Of a DNA stretch of 64,000 bases, positions 40,060-49,784 are shown piece after piece. The notes beneath the pieces are model-generated. The model did not search any database. It was not told the origin of the DNA and was given only the letters and a program-made list of their open reading frames with translations. The translations under genes were made by a program, and so were the position numbers. Source of the DNA: Clostridia bacterium (lineage in GTDB: Bacteria; Bacillota; Clostridia; TANB77; CAG-508); NCBI GenBank assembly GCA_017511265.1, contig JAFWKV010000001.1, positions 64,553 to 128,552 on the forward strand, given 5' to 3'. Within the stretch, counting starts at the first letter, position 1; every line of letters starts with the position of its first letter.

Positions 40060-40128
40060 GTTGTCAATTAGGTCGGGATGTGTCAATTAAGCCCGTCCCC
40101 ATTGACACACCCCGACCTAATTGACAAC
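40060..40128. repeat. REP-like hairpin HP-R1 (28-bp stem, 13-nt loop) containing the 31-nt motif
   Basis: GTTGTCAATTAGGTCGGGATGTGTCAAT / ATTGACACACCCCGACCTAATTGACAAC with one A.C mismatch. Motif copy at 40079-40109. Fills the gap between the methyltransferase stop (40130) and the U32 RBS (40050-40056). Confidence 0.9.
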
Positions 40129-40129
40129 T

Positions 40130-40720
40130 TCATTCACAGATTCTACTTATCGCTAAGCCATCTCCTACTTCAAGTATTTCTGTTTCAATTTTAGGATTTT
40201 CGGTAACTTCTTTGATGTATTCTCTTAAATTTCTTACAGCTGTGCGCTGTTTATGCTTGTTATAATCACTCATAACATATCCCTTGTATAAAATATTATC
40301 TGCTAAAATTATTCCATTATTTTTTATAAGTCTCATTGATTCCTTTAAAAAAAGTGGATATTTACCTTTTGCCGCATCTATAAAAATAATATCATATTCA
40401 TCGTTCAAATTTGGAAGAATTTCTACTGCATCTCCCTCAATAATGTTTATTTTATTTTCAACTTCAACTAATTTTATATTTTCTTTTGCTTCTTTGACTT
40501 TGTCACTTTCTCTTTCAATAGTATCAATTTTTCCGTTTTCAGATAAATACTTAGAAAAACACAGCGCAGAATATCCTACAGCTGTGCCTATTTCTAGAAT
40601 TTTTTCTGGTTTTTCTTGAATAAGAATTTTATCAATTACTTCTAGGGTATCATCCATTATTATAGGAATATGTCTTTTTAATGCATCTTCTTTTATTTCT
40701 TTTAATTTGTTCTCATTCAT
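40130..40720 (-). CDS. Class I SAM-dependent O-methyltransferase, family 3 (YrrM/TrmR-like)
   Basis: ILEIGTAVGYSALCF, IIFIDAAKGKYPLF, LADNILYKGYV: caffeoyl-CoA O-MT-like fold as in YrrM. Confidence 0.8.
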   Translation of the reverse strand: MNENKLKEIKEDALKRHIPIIMDDTLEVIDKILIQEKPEKILEIGTAVGYSALCFSKYLSENGKIDTIERESDKVKEAKENIKLVEVENKINIIEGDAVEILPNLNDEYDIIFIDAAKGKYPLFLKESMRLIKNNGIILADNILYKGYVMSDYNKHKQRTAVRNLREYIKEVTENPKIETEILEVGDGLAISRICE

Positions 40721-40730
40721 TATTTACCCC

Positions 40731-42551
40731 CTATTTATTGTTTGCTCTTGCTGCTCTTTCACGTTCTTTACTATCTAATATTTTCTTTCTTAGTCTAATT
40801 GATTTTGGTGTAACTTCAACTAATTCATCATCTTGAATAAATTCAATCGCTTTTTCTAGTGACATTTGAAGTGGTGGCACTAAACGTAAAGCTTCATCTG
40901 ATCCTGATGCTCTAGTATTTGTTAAATGCTTTTCTTTACATACATTTATTGCTAAGTCCTCTCCTCTTGAATTTAGTCCAACAATCATACCTTCATAAAC
41001 TTCTACACCTGGTCCAATAAATAGCTCACCTTTATCTTGTGCATTATATAATCCATATGTTACAGATTTTCCAGCTTCAAAAGCAACTATCGTTCCTCTA
41101 ACACGGGCAACCACATCACCTTTATATGGTTCGTATGAATCAAATATATGATTCATAGTGCCTTCACCTTTTGTATCTGTTAGGAATTCTGTTCTATATC
41201 CAATTAGTCCTCTTGCAGGAATTTTAAACTCAACTTTTGTGTGTCCATCTTCAGCTGGTTCCATATTAACCATTTCTGCTTTTCTTTGTCCCAATTTTTC
41301 TATTACATTTCCAATGCAATCATCAGGTACATTTACTACTAGTCTTTCTATTGGCTCACATTTTACTCCATCTATTTCTTTATAAATAACCTTTGGACGA
41401 GATACTAATAGTTCAAATCCTTCTCTTCTCATTGTTTCTATCAATACAGATAAATGAAGTTCTCCTCTTCCTGATACTTCAAATGAATCTGGTGAATCTG
41501 TTTCTTTTACTCTTAAAGATACATTTCTTTCTAACTCTTTAAACAGTCTGTCACGAATGTGTCTTGAAGTTACAAATTCTCCCTCTTTTCCTGCAAATGG
41601 TCCATTATTTACGCTAAATGTCATTGAAACTGTTGGCTCATCTATGTCTACAAATGGTATTTTTTCTGGATTATTAAAGTCACAAATTGTATCTCCTATA
41701 TTAATGTCTGAAATCCCAGAAAGTTCAATTATATCTCCCGCTTTTGCTTCTTCAACTTCTTGTTTTTCTAGTCCCACATGTGTATATACTTTTGCAATTC
41801 TTCCTTGAGCAACTACATCGTCTTTTTTACAAATGCTTACAGGCATTCCTGCTGTAATTGTTCCTCTTTCAATTCTTCCTACAGCTATTCTTCCTACATA
41901 GTCATCATAATCTATATTTGAAACTAGCATTTGCGCAGGTCCCTCTTCGTCACAATTTGGAGCCTGAATTGTATTTACTATTGTTTCAAAAAGGCATGTT
42001 AAATCTTCTGATTCTTCAGCTAAGTTCATTTTGCCTATTCCTTGTTTTGCTGAAGCAAATACAACAGGAAAATCCAATTGCTCATCTGATGCATCTAATT
42101 CTATAAATAGTTCTATAACTTGGTCTACAACCTTTAGAGGTTCTGCTCCTGGTCTGTCTATTTTATTTATTACAACAATTGGTTTTAAATTTAATGCTAA
42201 AGATTTTTTTAGCACTTCTCTTGTTTGAGGCATTGCTCCTTCAAATGCATCTACTAATAAAAGTACTCCGTCAACTGTTTTTAGTACTCTTTCAACCTCT
42301 CCTCCAAAGTCAGCATGTCCTGGTGTATCAACTATATTTATTTTTATATCTTTATACATTACTGATGTATTTTTAGAAAGAATTGTTATTCCTCTCTCTT
42401 TTTCTAAGTCGTTTGAATCCATTATTCTTTCTTGCACTTGCTCATTTTCTCTAAATACATGACTTTGTTTTAATAGTGCATCTACTAATGTAGTTTTTCC
42501 ATGGTCTACGTGTGCTATTATTGCTATATTTCTTATTTTTTCATTATTCAT
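40731..42551 (-). CDS. typA: Translational GTPase TypA/BipA
   Basis: IRNIAIIAHVDHGKTTLVD, NIVDTPGHADFGGEVER, NKIDR, full-length 606 aa. Confidence 0.95.
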   Translation of the reverse strand: MNNEKIRNIAIIAHVDHGKTTLVDALLKQSHVFRENEQVQERIMDSNDLEKERGITILSKNTSVMYKDIKINIVDTPGHADFGGEVERVLKTVDGVLLLVDAFEGAMPQTREVLKKSLALNLKPIVVINKIDRPGAEPLKVVDQVIELFIELDASDEQLDFPVVFASAKQGIGKMNLAEESEDLTCLFETIVNTIQAPNCDEEGPAQMLVSNIDYDDYVGRIAVGRIERGTITAGMPVSICKKDDVVAQGRIAKVYTHVGLEKQEVEEAKAGDIIELSGISDINIGDTICDFNNPEKIPFVDIDEPTVSMTFSVNNGPFAGKEGEFVTSRHIRDRLFKELERNVSLRVKETDSPDSFEVSGRGELHLSVLIETMRREGFELLVSRPKVIYKEIDGVKCEPIERLVVNVPDDCIGNVIEKLGQRKAEMVNMEPAEDGHTKVEFKIPARGLIGYRTEFLTDTKGEGTMNHIFDSYEPYKGDVVARVRGTIVAFEAGKSVTYGLYNAQDKGELFIGPGVEVYEGMIVGLNSRGEDLAINVCKEKHLTNTRASGSDEALRLVPPLQMSLEKAIEFIQDDELVEVTPKSIRLRKKILDSKERERAARANNK

Positions 42552-42585
42552 TTTTTCTTACCTCTTTTTAATTTTTACCTGAAAA

Positions 42586-42614
42586 ATTATACTATAAAAT
42601 CAGTATTTTGTCAA
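42586..42614 (-). promoter_or_regulatory. Consensus sigma-A promoter for typA
   Basis: On the minus strand: TTGACA (42614-42609), exactly 17-nt spacer, TATAAT (42591-42586), about 35 nt upstream of the typA ATG. Confidence 0.65.
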
Positions 42615-42682
42615 ATTTGACTTCTTTTTTTAATTAACATTCATACTATAATTTGCATATAATAAATATGAGGTGAGAATCT

Positions 42683-43186
42683 ATGCAATTATTCCGAATT
42701 ATTTATGAAGATGCAAAAAATATTGTGAATAAAGATCCTGCTTGTAGAAATTTATTTGAAGCAATTTTACTCTATCCTGGTTTTCATGCTATATTATTCC
42801 ATAGAATATCACATTTTTTGTATGAAAAAAGATTATTTTTTTTTGCAAGATTAAACTCTCAAATTGCTAGACACCTTACAGGAATAGAAATACATCCAGG
42901 TGCTAAAATAGGTAAAAGACTATTTATTGATCATGGTATGGGTATAGTTATAGGAGAAACTACCACTATTGGTAATGATTGCACTATATATCATAATAGT
43001 ACACTAGGTGGAACTGGAAAAGATAAAAATAAAAGACATCCAGATATAGGTAACAATGTTATGGTTGGGTCTGGTGCAAAAATTTTAGGTCCAATCAAAA
43101 TTGGAAACAACGTAAAAGTTGGTGCAAATAGTGTAGTATTAACTAATATACCTGATAATTCGACTGTAGTAGGTATACCCCGGTAA
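42683..43186 (+). CDS. cysE: Serine O-acetyltransferase
   Basis: [41 protein letters not shown] hexapeptide repeats, KRHPDIG. Confidence 0.85.
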   Translation: MQLFRIIYEDAKNIVNKDPACRNLFEAILLYPGFHAILFHRISHFLYEKRLFFFARLNSQIARHLTGIEIHPGAKIGKRLFIDHGMGIVIGETTTIGNDCTIYHNSTLGGTGKDKNKRHPDIGNNVMVGSGAKILGPIKIGNNVKVGANSVVLTNIPDNSTVVGIPR

Positions 43187-43265
43187 AGTTTTATAATTGC
43201 TGGAATTGTATTGAACATAGCCTATTTTAATGATATAATTATTCAAAAAAATAGAGGTAAAATTT

Positions 43266-43712
43266 ATGGAAACAAAATTAATTGCTAAAAATCCAACAGC
43301 ATATCATAATTATACAATTGAAAATAAATTAGAAGTTGGAATTGTTCTTTCTGGAACTGAAATTAAGTCAATTCGTGCAGGAAAGGTTAATTTAAAAGAT
43401 AGCTATGCTTCTATAAAAGATGGAGAATGTTTTATTTATGGATTACATATTAGTCCTTATGAACATGGTAATATTTATAATAAAGATCCTTTGCGTACGA
43501 GAAAACTTTTGTTAAATAAAAGAGAAATAAACAAGTTATTTGGTTTGATTAAACAAAAAGGTTATAGCCTTATTCCTATTAGTATGTATTTTAAAGGTAG
43601 TTTTGTTAAAATTGATTTAGGTATTGGAAAAGGTAAGAAGCTTTATGATAAACGTGAAGATATTGCTAAAAAAGATGCTCAAAGAAAAATGGAAAGAGCT
43701 TTAAAAAATTGA
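43266..43712 (+). CDS. smpB: SsrA-binding protein SmpB
   Basis: [39 protein letters not shown]. Confidence 0.95.
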   Translation: METKLIAKNPTAYHNYTIENKLEVGIVLSGTEIKSIRAGKVNLKDSYASIKDGECFIYGLHISPYEHGNIYNKDPLRTRKLLLNKREINKLFGLIKQKGYSLIPISMYFKGSFVKIDLGIGKGKKLYDKREDIAKKDAQRKMERALKN

Positions 43713-43726
43713 GTCAATAATAATAT

Positions 43727-43753
43727 CCCAAAGCTTTTAAATAAAGCTTTGGG
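43727..43753. terminator. Hairpin between convergent smpB and 43773-44225 ORF (candidate bidirectional terminator)
   Basis: CCCAAAGCTTT-TAAAT-AAAGCTTTGGG, 11-bp perfect stem. Flanking U-tracts are weak. Confidence 0.5.
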
Positions 43754-43772
43754 TAAAGAACTTAAAGATTAC

Positions 43773-44225
43773 TTATAAAAACTTGCAGATAAATAATGAA
43801 ATTCTCCATTGTATCATATGTGCATTTAGGGTAAAACTGTCAGCTCCATATATCAATCTAGGAATATAAATTTCACTATCCTGAATGTAGTTATCACTTG
43901 CAATTATAGATATAGCTTTTTCGCTATATGGAATAAAGAAAATTCCCTTATTCTCTATATTCTCTATTATTACTATTACATCACTATTAAAGTTAAATGT
44001 TCTAGGTTGTGTATTATAAAAACAACACATAGTAACCTGATATAATATTGGAATTGCTTGATAAACTAATTCCTCCTTATCATTTTTTTTCACATTTTGT
44101 AATTCAATTATTTCATGAATATCTATGCCGTCAAGTGGATCTATGGGTATTCCTATTTTTTTTAATTTAGAAACACTGTTAATTTTCCGTTTCACTATAT
44201 TGTGTATTATGTTATAAATAAGCAT
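43773..44225 (-). CDS. Hypothetical protein
   Basis: 150-aa ORF with no recognisable motif. Coding status supported only by length and its intergenic position. Confidence 0.3.
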   Translation of the reverse strand: MLIYNIIHNIVKRKINSVSKLKKIGIPIDPLDGIDIHEIIELQNVKKNDKEELVYQAIPILYQVTMCCFYNTQPRTFNFNSDVIVIIENIENKGIFFIPYSEKAISIIASDNYIQDSEIYIPRLIYGADSFTLNAHMIQWRISLFICKFL

Positions 44226-44303
44226 CTAAGTCCCTTTCAATAATTAGGTTTTCCTAAACACTCTGATTATAGCATATAATAAATTCATTGTCAAAAGCCT
44301 TAC

Positions 44304-45248
<945 letters not shown>

Positions 45249-45389
45249 CTAAAAATTTTTTTCTAGAGTTATTTTATTGCTAATTTTTTTTAATGTCAAG
45301 TTTAAATTTAGGATATAACCATTTTTGAGTCCTTACCCTATGTACATAGCCTATCCGTATACTATTTTATGTAAATTGTCACTTTTAAT

Positions 45390-45421
45390 AAAACATAGAG
45401 GAAATTTAACCTCTATGTTTT
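45390..45421. terminator. Stem-loop immediately downstream of the DUF1540 gene
   Basis: AAAACATAGAGG-(8 nt)-CCTCTATGTTTT, 12-bp perfect stem whose outer A/T runs provide U-tracts on either strand. Confidence 0.55.
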
Positions 45422-45422
45422 A

Positions 45423-45587
45423 TTAATCAACATTTTCATAGCTTGAGCACATCGATTCATCTTCTTTTTTAGATGAATTATTTTCTGTTGGTGTAACCAT
45501 TATCGATTCTAGAATGCATTTTTTATCTTGTGTATTATTATATTTACAACTTTGTACTGTACAATGAATTTTCTGTCTATTTTCCAT
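45423..45587 (-). CDS. DUF1540-like small cysteine-rich protein
   Basis: IHCTVQSCKYNN...KCILESIMV...SMCSSYE. Start at ATG 45587, preceded by GGAGGAAACAAA. Confidence 0.55.
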   Translation of the reverse strand: MENRQKIHCTVQSCKYNNTQDKKCILESIMVTPTENNSSKKEDESMCSSYENVD

Positions 45588-45655
45588 TTTGTTTCCTCCC
45601 CATAAACTTATTTTGAAGTGATCCTTCACTATTATTATGTAAAAAAATCTGAAAA

Positions 45656-46768
45656 TTAATCACTAATATCCACATCTAGTGTTATATTTATTTTATAATC
45701 ATTGTACTTTTCTTCAACTTCTTCATAAATATGTTTAAACAACTCTTCTCTTTCTTTAACATTAAAATCAATTATAATATCAAAACTAATGCTTTTTTCT
45801 CTCTCGTCTAAATAAAAGCCATGCATCTGTAAAATACCATCATGTGAAAATACAATATTTTTTATATCTTGCCTTACTTTTATTACATCCTCATCTTTTG
45901 TATTTATGGAATATACTCCTATTGTATGTAAAATTACTCCATATTTTTCCATCACTTTTTTTGTAATATTTCTAGAAATTTTATCTACTTCTGCAACTGT
46001 TAATGTGTCAGGAACCTCAATATGAATTGAGCCTAAGTATTGGTCTGGTCCATAATCATTTAGTATTAAATCAAAAGCTCCTTGAACATTTTCTTCTTTA
46101 GTTACTTCTTTTTTTATCTGCCTTGCTAAGTCACTTTCAACTCTAGTTCCTATCACATTATCTACAGCTTCTTTTATAAGTTCTAGCCCAGATTTTATAA
46201 TTACAACAGAAAGTAATATTCCAACATAAGCTTCTAAACTTATGTTAAATATCATATAAACTATTGCCGATACTAATACTGAAATTGATAAAATTGCGTC
46301 ATTAAAAGCATCTGATCCACTTGCAACTAATGAATCAGAATTTACCTCTTTTCCTTTTTTCTTAACATATATTCCTAATATAAATTTTACGATTATACCT
46401 GCTATTATTATAATAAGTGTTACTGTTGTATAATCAGGTGTTTCTGGATGAATTATCTTTTTTATTGATTCTATAAATGCAGTAGCTCCCGCATATAGCA
46501 CGATTACTGATACAATTAATGATGTCATATATTCAATTCTACCATGACCATATGGATGCTCTTTGTCTGGAGCTTTACCAGCTAATTTTGTTCCAATTAT
46601 TGTTATTATACTTGATAAAGCATCACTTAAATTGTTTACCGAATCTGATACTATTGCAATTGAATTTGCAAATAACCCAACTAATGCTTTAAATCCAGCT
46701 AAAACGATATTTGCAATAATACTTATAATACTTGTTCTTATTACAGTTTTTTCTCTGTGATTTTTCAC
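45656..46768 (-). CDS. Cation diffusion facilitator family transporter
   Basis: Six TM helices, IVSDSVNNLSDALSS, HPYGHGRIEY, C-terminal cytoplasmic domain. Confidence 0.85.
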   Translation of the reverse strand: MKNHREKTVIRTSIISIIANIVLAGFKALVGLFANSIAIVSDSVNNLSDALSSIITIIGTKLAGKAPDKEHPYGHGRIEYMTSLIVSVIVLYAGATAFIESIKKIIHPETPDYTTVTLIIIIAGIIVKFILGIYVKKKGKEVNSDSLVASGSDAFNDAILSISVLVSAIVYMIFNISLEAYVGILLSVVIIKSGLELIKEAVDNVIGTRVESDLARQIKKEVTKEENVQGAFDLILNDYGPDQYLGSIHIEVPDTLTVAEVDKISRNITKKVMEKYGVILHTIGVYSINTKDEDVIKVRQDIKNIVFSHDGILQMHGFYLDEREKSISFDIIIDFNVKEREELFKHIYEEVEEKYNDYKINITLDVDISD

Positions 46769-46835
46769 ATTACCACTCCCTTATATTAAATAATATGTTT
46801 AATTATTGCTTTTTTTACTGTGCATCGGTAATTTT

Positions 46836-47258
46836 TTAAATCATTTTGTCTAAAGTTTTCCAAGCAAGTAATGCACATTTTACTCTTGCTGGCATATTTG
46901 CTACATTCTTAAATGCAATTGCTTCTTCTAACTTCTCTAACTCTTTCTCATCAGTTGTTTCCCTTTTTATCATATCAATAAAAGTTTTGATAATTATTTT
47001 CGCTTCTTCTACAGTTTTGCCACGAAGCACATCTGCCATAATAGAAGTTGAGCTTTGAGAAATTGCACATCCAGAGCCAGTAAATGCTATATCTTCAATT
47101 ATATTGTTATTCATTTTAATTTCTATTTCTATTTCATCACCACAGCTTGGATTATGACCGTGTTCACATTTATCAGCATTCTCCAGCTTGTGTTTATTAT
47201 AGCTATTCATACTATGTTCCATTATTAATTCATTATATATTTCATCTAAATTTTCCAA
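46836..47258 (-). CDS. sufU: SUF-system Fe-S scaffold SufU (IscU-like)
   Basis: LDEIYNELIMEHS, HNPSCGDEIEIEI, FTGSGCAISQSS, ARVKCALLAW. Preferred start is TTG 47258, preceded by AAAGGAGAA. The ORF-track N-terminus (to 47306) reads into hairpin HP-R2. Confidence 0.85.
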   Translation of the reverse strand: MENLDEIYNELIMEHSMNSYNKHKLENADKCEHGHNPSCGDEIEIEIKMNNNIIEDIAFTGSGCAISQSSTSIMADVLRGKTVEEAKIIIKTFIDMIKRETTDEKELEKLEEAIAFKNVANMPARVKCALLAWKTLDKMI

Positions 47259-47279
47259 TTTCAGTTCTCCTTTTTTAGT

Positions 47280-47421
47280 GATGTTTTTTGGGACGTGTTG
47301 TGTCAATGGGGACGGGCTTAATTGACACGCTTGATGCCTTAGTAGAAATTTTTAAGTCACCAAAGCATTAGTGTGTCAATTAAGCCCGTCCCCATTGACA
47401 CAACCCATTCCCAAAATCATC
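47280..47421. repeat. REPIN-like doublet HP-R2: two inverted copies of the 31-nt motif forming a ~65-bp imperfect hairpin
   Basis: Motif copies at 47299-47328 (reversed) and 47372-47402. The flanks GATG..TTTTGGGA.. and ..TCCCAAAATCATC also pair. The element occupies the whole sufS-sufU spacer and includes the first bases of the sufS stop codon. Confidence 0.9.
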
Positions 47422-48643
47422 ACTTCTTTATAAATTTTTCAAACATACTATAGGCTTTTTTTAAAGCCTCAACTAGCCTATCCACGTCCTCTTTATTATT
47501 ATAGATATAAAAGCTTGCTCTACATGTTGCAGGAAGTTTTAAAAATCTAATTAATGGTTGTGCACAATGGTCTCCCGCACGCACTGCTATGCCTTGACTA
47601 TCTAGAATTGTTGCTAAATCATGTGGATGTACTCCTTTTATATTAAAAGAAATTACTCCACAATGATTATCTTCATTTGGTGTATAGTAAGTTTCTACAA
47701 AATCAAGTTTTGCAAGTTCTTGTTTAGCATAGCCTACTACTTCTTCCTCTATTTTTGCAATTGTATCATACCCAATACTTTCAATATAATCAATTGCAGC
47801 TCCTAAACCTACAACGCCTTCTACATTTTGAGTTCCTGCTTCAAATTTATTTGGAAGTGGTGCAAAAGTAGTTTTATCTTCATACACATATTCTATCATA
47901 TCTCCACCCATTAGAAATGGATTCATATCATTTAATAATCTCTTTTTACCATACAACACGCCAATTCCAAGAGGGCCAAGCATTTTATGTCCTGAAAATA
48001 CTAAAAAGTCTGCATCTAAGTCTTGGACATCCACCTTCATGTGAGGAATACTTTGTGATGCGTCAACAACAACTATAGCACCTTTTTTATGAGCATATTT
48101 AATTATCTCTTTTACATTATTTATAGTTCCTAACACATTAGAAACATGTGTAATGCCAACAATTTTAGTATTGTCTGTTATTTTTGCTTTTATCTCTTCT
48201 TCAGATAATTCGTATTCATCATTTATATACATGTATTCTAGTTTGCTACCTGTTTTTTTTGTTACAAATTGCCAGGGTACTAAATTTGAATGATGCTCCA
48301 TTATAGAAATTATCACAGAATCATCTTCACCTAAATTTTCTAATCCATACGAATATGCAATTAAATTTAAAGCTTCACTTGCATTTTTAGTAAAAATAAT
48401 TTGTTCCGATTTTTCAGCATTTATAAACTTAGCAATCTTTTTTCTTGTATTTTCATATACATCAGTTGCTTCTATACTTAATTCATACGCTCCTCTATGA
48501 GGATTAGCATTTTTTGTTTTATAAAAATTATCAATTGCATCTATAACGCACTGAGGTCTTTGTGAAGTAGCCCCACTATCTAAGTAAGCTATGTCGATTT
48601 TTTCAAAGATTGGAAAATCTTTTTTTATTTTATCTACATTCAT
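47420..48643 (-). CDS. sufS: Cysteine desulfurase SufS
   Basis: AYLDSGATSQRP, SGHKMLGPLGIGVLYG (PLP lysine), RAGDHCAQP. Confidence 0.9.
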   Translation of the reverse strand: MNVDKIKKDFPIFEKIDIAYLDSGATSQRPQCVIDAIDNFYKTKNANPHRGAYELSIEATDVYENTRKKIAKFINAEKSEQIIFTKNASEALNLIAYSYGLENLGEDDSVIISIMEHHSNLVPWQFVTKKTGSKLEYMYINDEYELSEEEIKAKITDNTKIVGITHVSNVLGTINNVKEIIKYAHKKGAIVVVDASQSIPHMKVDVQDLDADFLVFSGHKMLGPLGIGVLYGKKRLLNDMNPFLMGGDMIEYVYEDKTTFAPLPNKFEAGTQNVEGVVGLGAAIDYIESIGYDTIAKIEEEVVGYAKQELAKLDFVETYYTPNEDNHCGVISFNIKGVHPHDLATILDSQGIAVRAGDHCAQPLIRFLKLPATCRASFYIYNNKEDVDRLVEALKKAYSMFEKFIKK

Positions 48644-48731
48644 TTTTCAATACTCCTATTTAATTATTAACAGAAAATTATAAATATATAAATATTAGGA
48701 GACGATGCTTGATTGGAATAAGTAATAGAAA

Positions 48732-49784
48732 TTAAACCAAACGTTTATCAATTTCTTCAATTAGCTCATTTTTCAAGTCCTCGTCTTGCAATTTTTCAAG
48801 CACACCACTAAACTTAGCCTTAACAATAAGCTTTTGAGCCTCTTTTTTAGAAATTCCTCTAGCCATTATGTAATAAAGTTTATCCTCATCAATCTTGCCA
48901 GCACTATTACTGTGATTACCTTGCACATCATCTTCACTACACAAAAGCATAGGTAAAGCCTTTGATTTAGCAGTTTTTGATAAAAGCATACAATACTCGT
49001 TTTCATTACCTATAGCTTTTTTACAGCCAGTTTTAAAATCAATTGTTCCTTTAAAATTCTTTTTTGCTGTATCTTTTAATGCTCCATAAACTTCAATATC
49101 AATATTTGCCTTTTTTCCATATACTTCAGCAATATAATTTTGGTCTAATTCTTGCGTTCCAGTTCCAATATACATAGTATTTACACTATTATTCGAAGTA
49201 TTACCAATTAAATTAGAATAATAATTTGTAACAGTTCTTCTGCCTCCAAAATCAGCAATAATATACTCTAAAATTGCATTCTCTTCTGTTTTATTATTCA
49301 TAGAATAATAATTTTCGCTATTTTTGTTTAATAAATTTAAAATGATAACTTTTAATTTTGAATTAGCTTTAGCAGTTACATTACATACACCATTATGAAA
49401 TGCATCTACAGCATCATTTTGAGTTTTATATTTTAATATTACTGTTGCATTTGTGCCTTCTTCAGCTTTAATTGTCACATTATCTATCAATACATTTTGT
49501 TTATCATCTAGTTCAAAATCTATTACAATTGGCTCATTGACATTTTTATCTATATTTATATATAATTTTTGATTTCCATTATTTAATTGGTTTACTAATT
49601 TATTACCAATGCTAAACTTTGGTTTAAAATCATAGGTATCGTGTTCTATTTCAATTTCTGAATCAATAGTAACATTAGTAAATTCTTTTACTTCAGGCAA
49701 TTCAAAATCTTCTATTTTATAATTATTAATGCCAAATGACTTAGAAGTCCTTCTAGGAGTTTCGTTTAAAGTTACTTTTTCCAT
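48732..49784 (-). CDS. sufD: Fe-S cluster assembly protein SufD
   Basis: Beta-helix-type sequence with C-terminus LLCSEDDVQGNHSNSAGKIDEDKLYYIMARGISKKEA, between sufB and sufS. Confidence 0.8.
   Translation of the reverse strand: MEKVTLNETPRRTSKSFGINNYKIEDFELPEVKEFTNVTIDSEIEIEHDTYDFKPKFSIGNKLVNQLNNGNQKLYINIDKNVNEPIVIDFELDDKQNVLIDNVTIKAEEGTNATVILKYKTQNDAVDAFHNGVCNVTAKANSKLKVIILNLLNKNSENYYSMNNKTEENAILEYIIADFGGRRTVTNYYSNLIGNTSNNSVNTMYIGTGTQELDQNYIAEVYGKKANIDIEVYGALKDTAKKNFKGTIDFKTGCKKAIGNENEYCMLLSKTAKSKALPMLLCSEDDVQGNHSNSAGKIDEDKLYYIMARGISKKEAQKLIVKAKFSGVLEKLQDEDLKNELIEEIDKRLV

Noticed and set aside
42552-42682. T-box or other riboswitch leader upstream of cysE
   Set aside because: Only about 130 nt are shared with the divergent typA promoter. 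That is too short for a T-box, and no specifier/antiterminator or conserved T-box sequence is seen.
43187-43772. tmRNA (ssrA) next to smpB
   Set aside because: The flanking spacers are under 80 nt, AT-rich, and lack a tRNA-like GGGG...CCACCA frame. ssrA must be elsewhere.
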